Shown here piece after piece: positions 11,464 to 24,766 of a DNA stretch of 64,000 nucleotides; position 1 is the first letter of the stretch, and the number at the start of each line of letters is the position of its first letter. The notes under the pieces are model-generated. The model had not been told where the DNA came from and did no database searches. It saw only the letters and a list, made by a program, of their open reading frames with translations. Made by a program: the position numbers and the translations under genes. The DNA comes from Trichosphaerium sp. ATCC 40318 (lineage: Eukaryota > Protista > Tubulinea). Location: NCBI GenBank assembly GCA_038496445.1, contig JALMLS010000564.1:446755-510754 (forward strand), in the 5' to 3' direction.

Positions 11464-14400
11464 TCATTGTTGGTTTGATGATTGTTCCTCTAGTTCAATC
11501 ATGTCTAAAGAAAAACAAACTTGTCAGTTATCGCAAAAAAGCTCAGAAAAAAATATTGTAATTAGGCGCAAAGTGTAGTGTGTGTTTAAGGTCAAAATAA
11601 AAAAAAACAAAAAAAACAGTGAAAACGCCTATATCATACCAGTATCAGGGCCATCGGTCTCGGCACCATCACCACCACTTCCAGAGGCAGCAGGAGCAGG
11701 CTACATTACATCAGATAAGAGTTCCAAAAAACCAAAAGTTGATTGTACCTTCTTCCTTAGCATCCACACAATGATACCAGCGAAAATAAGAGCAACAGTA
11801 ACACCTACAATGACAAGCAAAACAATATACAATGTAGCTCCACAAGCAGTCTTAACAGTGCAAGCCCGGGTTGATGGATCTCTATCCCAACATCTATCAC
11901 ATTCACATACTCCGCTGACGCATTGACCATTACCACAACTTTGTGGACAAAGACGAAGCGCTTGAAGAGAGTACGATACATCATTAAAGGCAAACAATGC
12001 TAAAAATCCCGAAAGTTAGTATTTTGTTTTTAGTTTGTTTGACGTACAAAGTGAGTAAGTGCCTGCTACTGGTCTAGATAACGCAATCAATTGTTCTTTG
12101 GCTTCTGCACGAACCTCGCCAATGGATAGGCTAGAATCCTTTCTTGTAAGGCTTATTGTAAAGAAACCAGCACTGGATGTTCTACAAAGGGAAAGTGTTA
12201 AAGAGGAAGTGTTAAAGAAAATCAGGTTCAAGTGATTTACCTTTTGACTGTAATGGCCAACAAGAATACGTTGTCTGGAAGGTTGAATTCATGGGTTACA
12301 CTCTCAAATTGTTTCAGTGTTCCTAAGTCAGTATTATCCAACGCTAGCGCGTTAGGTGTAGCATCTCGGCTACAATCGAGTCCTGTTTTGCCTTTTACAA
12401 TCAGGTTAGAAAAAAGCAAGAAAAAAAAAGGAAAGAAAAACTGTTGTACCAGCATCACAGCGGCATACGTTGTCTACGCAAAATCCTTGATCAGAACACA
12501 AGTTAGGACATAATGCTATAGTCATTGTTAGTTATTATATACAAAAGATTAGAAGTGAAGTTACCGTTAGATGAGAACTTGACAATAAATCCTTCACCAC
12601 CGTTTGGAGATTCACCAGAAACAAAATTAATCTGTAGATTCTCAGCAGGTAATCTGAGTGGCTTTGGCGGGCTACGGCCTACAATTATATTAACAACAAT
12701 GGCGTTTTAATAATATCTCGTACCTGTGGCATTGATAACAGGTGTCACAGATGACCCTAAGAAAGTCCAAGTTAATACATAACCAAAGAAAGCCCAAGAA
12801 CATAAAACTAAAAACTACGGAACAACTAGACTCTTAAATAATAACACTCACCAGTAAATATTTCAACTGAATCACCATCATGGAGTGATAAAAAGTCGAA
12901 ACTAATTGTGATTGCTACACCAATAGTGTAAGTACAGTAAAATACAATAAAACAAAAAAAAAACAAAAGAGACATACGTGCTGAGCTTGGTGTAGTGATG
13001 AACCATCTACAATCTGAGTTTTGTCTATACAAAGCTGCTTGATCGAAATTATGACTTTCAACAGTTCCTGAGTTTGCAGAGGTAGCTGAAGTACCACTAC
13101 AAAAAGCTAAAGAAAAATGTGAGAAAAGAAGAGATGTCAAAATTTTTTTGTATCACTAACGTGAACTACAGGTTACGCCGCTCCAACCAGGCTCACAAAC
13201 GCCTATAAACTGTTAAAAACAATTAGGATACCAAATAAATTAATTACAGGTATTTTGTGTTGAGCATCTTCCATTGCCATTGCAATCACCGTTTGGAGTA
13301 GTACAGGATCCTATTGTGAAAAAGTAAATAATCGATCACACGCTCTCGAAAATACACAAGTTTAAAACGCACTATCTTGACAAGATGGACCAGTATATCC
13401 TTCATCACATACACACGTGCCCAATACACAATGTCCGCTGGAAAAGCTAGAAAAACAATTAAAAAAAATAAACAAACTAGGGCTATTAATAATCTACAAT
13501 CCTTACCATCCACTAGCACATGTATGAGTATCAAAAGTTGCTGTGAATCCAGTATCAACCTAATTTTATGTATGAGAACAAGAAAGCAAAAAAACGTAAT
13601 GAACACTGCACTGTGCGTACTATTGTGGAGATGCTGGAAGAGAACTCGACCTCCATTATACCATTCGACGACACAGTGATCTAGAGTGTTTTGTTAATAA
13701 AATTAAAAGCGCTGTTGATAAACGTGCAGGTGGGATAGCATATCCTGTGTACTCAGCGATGAGGTATCTGTCAGATATAGTATCAGCGTCGTAAACGCGA
13801 ACAAAAGCTTCTTCTGGAGTTAAAGCAAACTCTTCAAATCCTACGGAAGTATAGGTGAGCATGACGTCTAATTTTATATTCCTCTTGACGTACTCAATGT
13901 GATTGAAGAATGTCCTGTTGGTGGTTTGATTTGCCATAAACAAGTAGATGCAGGCTCATACTGACCAACACCTACAAAGGAGGACTATCAGGTAACCTGA
14001 CTAAAACACAAAAAAACTATTGTAAGCTACCGTGGTTAACAGAAAAAGTTCCATTTGTGGTATTGAGGACCTGTACGGATGAACATGCGCCTGTATTGTA
14101 TAAGATAACTATATCATTATTATAGAAGGTACTTACCAAGGGAGCAATCAGCAGACATGCAAATACCGCAATCTAAGCCACCCCAGCCCTCATTACAACC
14201 GCAAGTGTTGTTTGTCAAGCAATTACCGTTGCCATTACATCCCTTTGTACAAGCGCGAGTATTGCAATCAGTACCTGACCAACCAGGATTACAATGACAT
14301 CTAATTGTTAAACATTATAAGCTAATTAAAAACAAGAAAGAAACTCGAACTACGCACTGATTTCCAGCAACACAATAACCATTTCCAGAACATTTATTTG

Positions 14401-16062
14401 GGCATTTCAATATCTCAAAAGATGCTTGGAATCCTTGACGTACAAGACCTATGGAAGCAAATATGAGTAAATATAGTACTGAACAATTATGTATAATTAC
14501 CTGGATCAGTTTCAAATTTAACAAACATGTTTCCACTACGAGAGAACAAAGAGTTAGACCAAATATTGCAATGCTTATCCTAAAAACCTAAGCACTAAAC
14601 TTACCTGTATGCCATTGTTACAGGTGGTAAGCGATCACCAGAGTATACACCGAGTAGTACACCTACATATAAAGTCAATGAACACCATTAAAGGCGATTT
14701 TAAAGTATGTACCAGTATCATTCAAGCCATCATAAATGAAGACTTTATCATAATCAAATTCGAGATCAAATCGTTGAAAGGTGAATGCAACTGCATCTCC
14801 TTCTTCAAAACCAGTTGGACGTATCGACCTTAAGCACCCTGTTAATACAAATAAACCATTTTTAAAAATCACACTCTTACCATGAGCATGTCAGAGAGTT
14901 GATGTAATTGCCATAGCCTCTGTGATCTCCAAAAGTGCCTGAGTCATCCGTAATAATTTGTAACGGATCACAATACGTTTGATTACAGTCCACTAAAAAC
15001 AAGTATCAGCATTCTCTATCTTCCTGGTACTAAGCGTGTACCTCCGTAGAAACCAGGTGCGCATACGCACGTATCAGATACACATGAACCTTGACTAGGT
15101 GCGTTACAGCTATCTACACACTCTACAAGAAAAAAACACCGTTAGTATGAAAAGAATAACCACAAGCAATCATCCTAACCTTGCGTGCAGTCAGTAGACA
15201 TATCTGAACCACCAGTACAATACACTGCAGTATATTTTAAGCTAAATCCTCTTCCAACTACTTGTGCATCCTACAAAGGTGGTGAGGACTATAACAGGCG
15301 AATTTGCAGTACGCTGTTGAAACTAATCGTGGTTTCAGGTGTTCTTGACGAAAAAGAAGGATGCTCTAAGAAAAGCATATCAGAAGTATTGTTTTTACAG
15401 GTTATCATGCGAGCGCACCTAAGTTTCTACCAGCAAACCATATATATTGATCTCTTACCCAATCAGTAGGTGGTGCTTTGGGAGGAGTAAGCAAAATTAG
15501 AAGTTGTAACGTCCTTTTTTGTAAAAGAAGACAATTGTAAGAGGCGAAGAGTACCGGCTGAACCATCGAAGAAGATCAAAGCGTCGTTAGGCCTTTACTC
15601 TGTTAGTATAAAATGCCATAGAGCTGTTTCATACCATTCTGTGTCAAGCCATTCAAATTCGAAGTGAATACGCACTTTATCGGGCGTTAGTATGTACGTG
15701 AGATGAAGGTAGCGCACCTGGCGCAGGTTTTGGCGCAACAACGAACCAGCATAGTTGATTGATATCATAAGTGGTTTCTTTGTCTGGGTTATTCGTGATT
15801 GTGCCTATAGAGACGCTAAGGAGAAAAGCGGTAAAATTATAGTTATACCGTTTGGTGACGTGAATGTCAAAGGCGGCCATGAAGTGCATTCTCCTGCTGG
15901 TTGTTGTCGTTTGGACGTTGTCCTATTACACACAACGAATTAATCCTTTGGGGCGACGTTAAGATGCTAGCACGCGTACTCGTAGTCTATCAATGCCACT
16001 GATTTAGTTACAGCGTGTATACTGTAAATACACAACAAGATGATCGCTATGTGACGTAGCAT
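11464..16062 (-). CDS. Type I membrane protein with alternating CUB and EGF-like domains (about 20 or more exons)
   Basis: Signal peptide MLRHIAIILLC; repeated CUB motifs (CWFVV, FQRFDLEFDYDKVFIYDG, CRWFI); EGF motifs (CPNKCSGNGYCV, CPQSCGNGQCVSGVCEC); TM segment TLYIVLLVIVGVTVALIFAGIIVWML followed by RKK. Confidence 0.85.
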
Positions 16063-16249
16063 TTCTGAAGCAAGCGTAGCGTGTTATTTAAGGCTGCTCT
16101 TGTAAACAATTAAAATAGTGGACTAGAGCTACCAGAAAATCCACACTTTTCTTATCGGTTGAAATGCATCATAGCATCTTTGGTTAGTTGATAACGTACA
16201 CCGTCTCTTGGAACAAAATTATGTACATTGAACAGTGTTAACGCATAAA

Positions 16250-18035
16250 ATGCTGAGTGCAGGTCGCTTACGCGTTGCACTCAACGCAGAAAGAACAACA
16301 AGATGTATGTCACGTTTATTTAGCCTCAATACATTAATAAACATATTAAATAGCCCTGCAAGGTACTTGGAACAGTATAGAGAACCAACGAGCTAGATTT
16401 GATGAGGTTGGACGACATCTGCGGGTTATTACCCTAGATCAGTGGTATAACATCAGAGTAGCAGAAGTCCGCACTAATGGAGCTGCTGGAATACTTGACA
16501 GGCAAAACCACCACGTACAAACATTACTCATCTTTGTTAGATATGGAGATTCCCTCTCGTTCGCTCTAAGCACGATATACAACGACTACGATTGGATACC
16601 ATCGAACTTTAGGTTAGTAACACCGACCAACTAGCACGTGTTGACAAAAGACACTAAGGCACGCTCCTCATGGATATTGGGATAGCGTAGAGAATCAACG
16701 TATCCGTATGGAAGAAATAGGACAAACGTTAGGTGTCAAAATTTACAATGATTGGTGTTATATAACAGCAAAACAAATTGCAAAGTTTTCAACTGTATTA
16801 GTGAACATGTGAGTGCATAAGTAATAGGTTCATCCAATCCACCATTTACTTTTACGTCAGGTACAACGGATCTGTTTATAAACTAGTGCAGTCTTTATAC
16901 TCTAAGCATACATGGCATGAACATGATTTCAAGCACGTGGTACTTGTTAGTATTGCTTCTAAAACTACTTTAGTGTTTTACTTGATGACCAAGCTCGTTT
17001 GAATGAGCTTGGATACAAGTATGGAATATCTACATTGTATGATTGGTATAAAGTATCGTACCAAGATGTCATTAACGATGGAGGAAGGTCCATATTAAAA
17101 AAGTACAGCACTTAAATTGATCCACCAGCAGTGTTTATTCCTATATAGGTATGAGTCATTGGCACAAGCGCTCAAGTCCTCGTATCCAAATTACGAATGG
17201 GACACATGGAGATTCACTAGAGACTACAAAAGGTTATTGAGTATTTGGACAACCATTTATTGATCCCTACTAGATCTCATACAAAACCTCGTAAAGCACC
17301 AAAAGAACCTGTTTTTATAATTCCTACCAACAGGTATTATTTGTACTAGCGAGTATAGTAACTGACATTACTACAATAGAAAAGTCTTGTCACCAAAGCG
17401 ACTATCTCTTCTTTCTAAGTTTAACTTTATTGCAACGAGACTAGGTATCAAAGATATTGAGGGCTGGTATAAAGCAACATGCAAGGATTTACATAAATTT
17501 GGCTGCCGCAATATTACTCTACAGTAAGTACGACAGCACTACAGAGATTTGATTAACTCTGGTAAGGCATGGTATGGATATGTCAAGAATTATGAGCTAT
17601 GCGTATCCACACTATAACTGGCAAGAGTGGAAATTCAGGTGACACATAGCAATTTCAGTAATTTCACTAACGTTACCAAAGAAAAAATGATATTGCTCCA
17701 TCAGGCTACTGGCAAAATTATAACAACCAAGCCAAGTTTTTACGTAAAGTAGAAGGCTTTTTGGATATATCAGATCCTACACAGTGGTATAGAGTGTCAA
17801 AGGCGGATTTCCATAGATTTGGTGCTAGTGGCCTATCTGCTTATTTTCCAGAGATACTGGGAAATCACTTCCCTTCAGTACCTTGGAACTTCAAAACTTT
17901 TAAAACTATAACAACAAAAACAAAACAAAGGTGAGACCTTGTTAGCTCTTGTTGCCTTCTCACTTACTAATCATTTTACTAAGAGATCTTTTATCATGTG
18001 CCAAGCACTTGGTTACTGTTGAGTTAAATACATAG
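16250..18035 (+). CDS. Trp-rich ~70-aa repeat protein (5 repeats), probable mitochondrial presequence, no C-terminal nuclease
   Basis: Manual splicing through about 10 short introns gives five copies of G(Y/T)W...NQ...LG(I/V)...WY.(V/I)...GG...Y...L...YP.Y.W..W.F. N-terminus MLSAGRLRVALNAERTTRS. No ORF-track entry because the exons are short. Confidence 0.8.
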
Positions 18036-18102
18036 AAGTTCGGACGATGCTCTGGTATTTTATTGAAAGCAAAAATGTACAGTATAAAAAAAGATAAAAT
18101 AC

Positions 18103-19144
18103 TTAACCAGATTCTTCATCTGATGATTCATCGTCTTCAGATTCTTCGTCTGATGACTCACCATCCTCAAGTGCTTCATCTGAAGACTCTTCATCCTCGG
18201 AGGCTTCATCTGATGATTCTTCGTCCTCAGATTCGTCATCTTCAAGGTATTCACCGTGTACTCCAGCAGAAAAGTCAGTGTTTTCTGACAAAATATCATC
18301 TTTTTCGCTTTCGTCCTCTGGATCAGACTCAACGTCATCAGAAGAGGATTGTAGATTAACATTTGGTGCACCTACATATTAGTTAAAATCATTGAGGAAA
18401 GAATTCAAACAATACCCATGTCTTTCATCTCAGTGCCCTTTTCTTCTTTGGACTCTGCAGGGCTATCCTCATCATCACCTTTGTGCATACACAGGAGAAT
18501 AGCAATTGCTACAATAGCAGCTACACCAACAATACTGACGATAACTAACGTGCAAGTAGTAAATATTTACATCTCATTGTGTTGAAAGAATCAAATACCT
18601 ATGCCAGCTATTGCTCCATTGTTGACGTCTTTTTGAGGTGCCTCATTGGCTTCCACGCCTCGTTTACGCCCATTGATACTGGTAACGTATTGTGGATTTA
18701 GTTGTAAAGACTTTGAGCCTAATAAGTATGAAACGTCGTCCTTTGATGTAGCAATGGTTGTAACACTTGTTAATCGGTGTATTGCGATAACGTACCAAAA
18801 GCCGTTGAAACATCTATACATTTACCAGCCTTAGAAACTAGTTGAGGCGCCAAACAGCTCGTGCAATCTGTACTAGAGCTACAGTACGCTATGTTCATTT
18901 CCTAACGACAAACATTTAACAATAAAAGTGCTATTGTGCAACTAATCAACACCTCTGTTGTGCATGTAACTGCGAAAGATTCGTCCCTAAACATAGATTG
19001 CTTGCAAACGTCTTGGCAGCTTATCGTGTATGCAGCATTAGGCTCCCCTGTACAATCGGCGCTCGCGAAGGCTTGCAAAGTAAAGAGTTGTGCATATACT
19101 GTAGAATATGCCAGGCACAACAGTACAAAGGTAGTGGTGGGCAT
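18103..19144 (-). CDS. Single-pass membrane protein with a small Cys-rich ectodomain and a very acidic cytoplasmic tail
   Basis: Signal peptide MPTTTFVLLCLAYSTVYAQ; TM segment (GAIAGI-VIVSIVGVAAIVAIAILLC); tail with DEESSDEASEDEESSDE repeats. Confidence 0.7.
18110..18245 (-). repeat. Coding 15/30-bp acidic tandem repeat
   Basis: TCTTCATCTGATGAT-like units encoding D/E/S runs. Confidence 0.75.
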
Positions 19145-19369
19145 TTTTCGCGTTTAGACACCTTTTGCAAGCGTAGAAACTGTTTTAAATAGTCGGCTTC
19201 AGTAAACCCCGAAGTCATCAAACGGAAATTTAGCTAGTGAAGACATACAATGCTGGCGCGTGTGGAAGTGCGTTTAGGCCTGTTTTACGTAGTTATAGTT
19301 TTTGATTAAAAAAACAGCGAAATTTCCATCCGCCAAATCAAATATTTATCCGCAACATACCGTGTGGTC

Positions 19370-19746
19370 ATGAGTTACGATCGAAGAACCCGCAGTTCGC
19401 ACAACGGAAGTAACAGCGCTCAGCAAATGGACCCTATGGATATTTCGCCGGGTAACGTAGCTGTGCAGGTAGTACCAACGAGAAACATGAAAGATGTGCT
19501 GGTACGTTGCCGTCTACGCATTATCTCCTTGTAATCGCTTCCCAGAACGTAGATTTTGAGAAACTCGATATTACAGCCCTAAAACTATACAAGAAGAAGA
19601 ACCGCCTTACAAAAGTGCGAACTAACGCTAGCAAAAAAGACCTCGTCGAGGCTGCTACTGCACACTTTTTAAACTGGAAGACACCACCAGACTCTGTCGT
19701 TATAGAGAATTTCATATACAACTGCAAGTTTATGCAAGGTCAGTAA
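19370..19746 (+). CDS. SAP30: SAP30-like Sin3-binding domain protein (2 exons)
   Basis: VDFEKLDITALKLYKKKNRL...SKKDLVEAATAHF...VIENFIY matches the SAP30 C-terminal motif. Confidence 0.75.
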
Positions 19747-20243
19747 AACTACTATTCAAACCACAAATGGCTCTCCAAGCGATAGAGCCTTTGTAACCTG
19801 TAAATACATTGTAAAGAACGTTCTAACAAAGAAACAGCTTATTTTGGCTTTCCGTTTATTTTGGTGTTACCCTTGTAGCTTCCAGTACGCATTTCTCTCT
19901 ATGCTAGAAGTGCGCAAAATATTTAAACGTCGCGCTAAAACCCAATGCCTCTGAGTTATATCTTTACGCGCTGGCGGGCACGCGACATGTACCAGGGAGA
20001 TGACATTTTGTTTTTTACTTCGCAAAATGCGAATGTGTGACCAACTTTTTTTATTTTCAGTCACAACGCGTCTATCATCTAGTGTTAGGACCCATAGTTT
20101 GTGTACCGGTAACAAGAACCATTAACCCGCGAAAACACCTTTCTGGTGTGTCAAACTATGATACAACTGTACTAAACGCAACGCACATTGTATTAGCAAT
20201 ATTGCCAACCCTGCCAATTTAAAACAGAATTAATTGCATTTTA

Positions 20244-23200
20244 ATGGAGCCGTGGCTACAGGTACGACCATGTTATGGCTCACAAGGTTAACCAATACTG
20301 AAGAGACGAACCATCGAGCTTATACTCGACTTTGACTCGCCAGATACGCCATCAAACATACTATATGACCAACATGGTCGCATTAAGGCTATGACCTTTG
20401 CCAAACTGATAGAAAAATTGACAAGCCCCAAACTTCACGGTACGTATTATTTAGTACATACGCCACAACTACCACAGCAAGCCAAAAGCGGTCGTTTATT
20501 ACCGAAAGTAGAAAAACTCCTTAGCAGTGTTATGGAAAGTAATTTACGCCAAACGGTCATGTTGCACTTCTCTTTTGAGAATGCTGGCGCAGTTTTTAGC
20601 TAAACTTTTTTGTTCTTATATTTGTGTTAGATCCTAGCTTAGTACTCGAAGTCTTACTCACCTATCGTACATTTACTACGCCAAAGCAACTTCTTGGTGC
20701 ACTTATACAGCGCTGTGAAACGTTTTTGGTTTTGAATGTTGATCAAGGGGAAAAATCCCTAAAAGTGTCTCTCAAGTACGCTCAATGTACCACTAAGAAA
20801 AAACCGCCTGTCGATCTTTTTTTTTTTCTGTTGAGACATTTTAAATTAATCAACGAAAATAGGGTTTTGAATATTATCAATACGTGGATAACAAAGTTTT
20901 GGTTTGATTTCGCAAAAGAAGCAGACTTAGAGCACAATATTACAGAATGGATTTTTATTATTCGTTCTCATCCTAAGCTCTCAAAACCCGCAACAAGAGT
21001 TCATGGTTCTTTAACAAAGAGGGTACGAATACATAGCTTTTTTATGATAGTCATTTGTAACACCTCACGTGTTTCATTGTTGCATAAAATTACTGTTTAA
21101 ATTTCTGACTTATACCTTTTTTTTGATTAGCTTGGTGATCATCAAAAAAAGATGGTAGAGGTATTTGATGAGCCACCGCCTACGCCAATATTGCCGAAGA
21201 ACACAAGGTCATTCTTGCGCGGAAATTGGTGGGATTATGACTCTGAGGAGTTGTCAAGGCAATTCACTCTTATGGAATGGAATTTGTACAAGTAAGTTCT
21301 AAATGTCATACAAGTTTTGCGTCCGGTTTTGGTTTATCTAACTTTACTTCAAGAGCAATAGAGCCTTGGGAACTACTAGGACATGGTTGGACCGAGAGCG
21401 ACAAGGAACAACGCAGGTATGATGAAATAGCAGTGAAATTCCTCAGCTCACATTTTGTCAAGCCCAAATGTTCTAAAAGCTATTACTCGGTTTAATAATG
21501 TTTCAGAGTGGTGCAAATCTACAGTGTGCCTACTTGAAGATAAGAAACTTAGAACAAGGTATCTATGCTCTATGAAACTCCTGTTTGTCTCACATTTTTA
21601 GAATGATGTGCAAGTGGCTAGAGATTGCTTCTGTGCGTAAATTATACCTAACATAGTGAACTCTTTTTTAACTTTTGCTTTTTAGCACTGTGAAGCTTGT
21701 AATAACTTTAACTCTGCTATGCAAATATATGCTGCTTTATCTAGTGGACCGATACATAGACTACATCAAACGTATGGGGTACCTAAGTCTTGTTTTAGTA
21801 TTTTATTGTTTTCAAGCGCTAACTTTTGTCAAACAGTCCATTGGTAAAACACATGAACAAATGCTAGAAAAGCTGAAATATACTTGCTCTAGTAGCAAGA
21901 ACTATCAAAATCTTAGGCAGATATTAAGTCAAAGACAACCACCTATAATCCCCTACCTCGGTATAAACAAAACATAAAAAAACGAACACTTACAATTAAC
22001 ATTAAGGAATGTACTTGACAGATCTTATATTCACAGAACAAGGGAACAAAGATGAATTGAGTGGTTTAATTAATTTCTATAAGAGACGTTTAGTTTCTGA
22101 GACAATACGGGAGGTTCAACAGTTTCAACAACAAGCATATAATCTAGAACCAGTTGAGCACATACAAGCTAAAGTTTGTGAACAATTCACTTTTGATATG
22201 TTGACTGAGGATCAACATTATGCTTGCTCATATTATATGGAACCTAGAGAAGACCTAGGACCTCAAACACGTCCTGAAGTACTTGATACTCACGAGGTAA
22301 ATCGTTAGCATTATACAACGTTATGACAAAGAATTTAGGTTCTTATAAAACAATTCAAAACATCCTCTCTTAAAGCAAATTCTTCATGGTTATCATCAAA
22401 GCAATTTATACGTACAGTAAGTGGTGCCGAACGGGGATCTGGACATACTTCTCGAAAGACAACTGGTACCAAGCAAGAGTACGCCCTCTTTAAACAAAAA
22501 CATTAAGAATACTGTTATTGTTAATGCTGCTTTAATAGAAAATCGCCAAGAATCAGTGGCCCAATTTCAACTGAAGTTAATGTCAAAGTGGGTCAACTGA
22601 AGAATGTTAAACACATTGTTCATGTTGAATACGATCCTGTTACAGGCCTTAAAGGTTTACCAAAGGAGTGGTCTGACCATATGGAAGGCATAGCTGTAGA
22701 GCTTCATGATAACTACAAACCAGTACCTGGTTTCACAGATCCTGAACAAAAACTAAGTTGGCAGTATGATAGTGCTAATAAACGTATCACAAAACAGATA
22801 CGTAATCCTCACACAAACAGACTCGAAACTAGATCGAGTTGTATACTCACAGATCAGCCAGAGTTTGTAAAGTCTCGTATAAAGCAGTGGGAGACTTCTA
22901 GTGAGGTGTCAGAGAAGCCTATACCTCCACCTAAGCCTTTAAGAATGCATGGAAATAAGAACAAGGTTAGACAATCTACTGGTTCTGATCCAAATGTACA
23001 AAATATTGAAGTTACTCTTACTAATTTTGAGACAATGGTTCAACAAGAAAGGTAAGCTTCGTCTTTTGACTTTTTTCTTGTTTTTTTCTCCTTCTCTTGT
23101 TTTGTCTCTTTTGTTGATGGGTTTTTTCTAGAGAACTAGAAAGGGAATGTCAGACTTTGTCTGCAAACCATGTTGATATGCTTGAAAAGAAACAACAAGA

Positions 23201-24550
23201 GCTTATCCAAGCAGCTAAGGATAACAAGAGATATGGCAGAGGACAAACAGCTGTCATCGAAGAAGAACAAATAGACATTGAGTTTCAATTGTTACTTGAA
23301 GAGGAACGTAAATTGCGTGAAGAACAAGAGAGACTTGAACGCGCAAGTCAAAAGGTTAGAGATAAAGAAGAGCGTGAAAAAGCGAACTTAAATGCAAAGA
23401 AAGAGAAGGAAGAACGTGAAAGACAAGAAAAAGCGAATCTCAAGGCAAAACGTGATCAAGAAGAACGTGCTCGTTTACAGAAGCAGCAAGCTCGTCAAGA
23501 GGAGCGTAAGCACCAGAGAAAGAGAGAACAAGAAGAACGTGCAAGAGCACGTAAAGCGTCAAAGAGAAAGAAGGAACATGAGGAAGCACGTAGGAATAAA
23601 GCTGCTTCTAAGAAAGAAGAGGAGCAGAGAAGAAAGCGTGAAGCTGGAGATCGTAAACGTTTAAAGAGAGCTTCATCAATGAGAAAGAAACGTCCTCCTC
23701 CTGCTAGACCTAGAGCCCATGCTGCTTCTATATCTAATAGCAGATCAATGTCAGTGGCTAGCCGTACAAGACAATGGGAGAAAAACGGTGAGAATAATGT
23801 GAAGGGAAGTGCTTCTGTTGCTCTTGAACAGATTGAAAGAAGTGCAAGCACGTCTAGGAAGATAAGAAAAGTAAAGAGACAAAGCTCGAGGAGAAAGACT
23901 TCTCAGCGTGCTAAGACATCAGATGATTTACCTCGTAGAAGGATAGGAAGTCATAATAGATCAAAATCAGAAATTGGATTATCTGATAGAATAGCAAACT
24001 CTCCTTTTTTTCAAAGAGATGTACCAGCTTTGAACTTAAAGGCTACTGACTCTTCGTACTCAAAGTCTCCTAGTACCAGTCCTAAACCTCATACAACTAG
24101 GCCTAAAGCTAGGCCACCACCTAAGAGACAAGTATCAAGGTCTCAGACGTATGTAGATGAAACAGATTTTATTCAACTCCATTACTTTTGATTTAATTTT
24201 TTTGATAGGATGAGAGGTTTAAAGAGAAGAGCGAGTAAAAGGAAAAATGTGGGCAGTACGAGACAAATTACAGTATTGATAGATTACTGGAAAGGTAGTA
24301 CACGACTTAACATAGAAGTCAATACGCTGAAAGGTGTTGAAAGTCAGATAAAAGAGGGCTTAAGTACCAAGTACGATACACCTTTTTTTTTTCACAAAGT
24401 ATCATTTGTTTTGAGTCTAATTTCTTTGAAAGGCGTGTTAAGTTAGAGTTCTGGAATGAACAGAGTCGAGTATGGATACCTCTATCAAAAGTAGAGGTAT
24501 TACGTAATTTCACAAAATTACGTGCTAGTAAAAAAGGATCCTTCTTTTGA
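20244..24550 (+). CDS. RasGEF (REM + CDC25) with CRIB/PBD-like motif, coiled coil and basic low-complexity tail
   Basis: TFAKLIEKLT, LLTYRTFTTP..LL, RVLNII..W (REM); PPIIPYLGMYLTDLIFTEQGNKD...INFYKRR (CDC25); NVKHIVHVEYDPVTGLKGLPKEW (CRIB-like). Confidence 0.9.
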
Positions 24551-24766
24551 TCGGGTTTCTTTTTGTTTTTTCACATAGGACAAATTTTTTTTGTTGTAAG
24601 AGTAGTGTAAATAAACTTTGTAAAAAATCTTTGTTTTGTTTATCAAATTAACGAAAGGGTTGTACACTGAAAATACAGACCTTTTTTTGTTCAATGAGAA
24701 GTGTACTGGTCAACTTACGTAGGAGTTCTTGAGTTAATTTTAAATACACTTTTTTTTATTTTTTCT

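Noticed and set aside
21559-21601. GTATCTATG donor in the RasGEF gene as a third U12 intron
   Set aside because: It lacks the ATCC core and a CCTTAAC branch; its CTCAC branch is U2-like.
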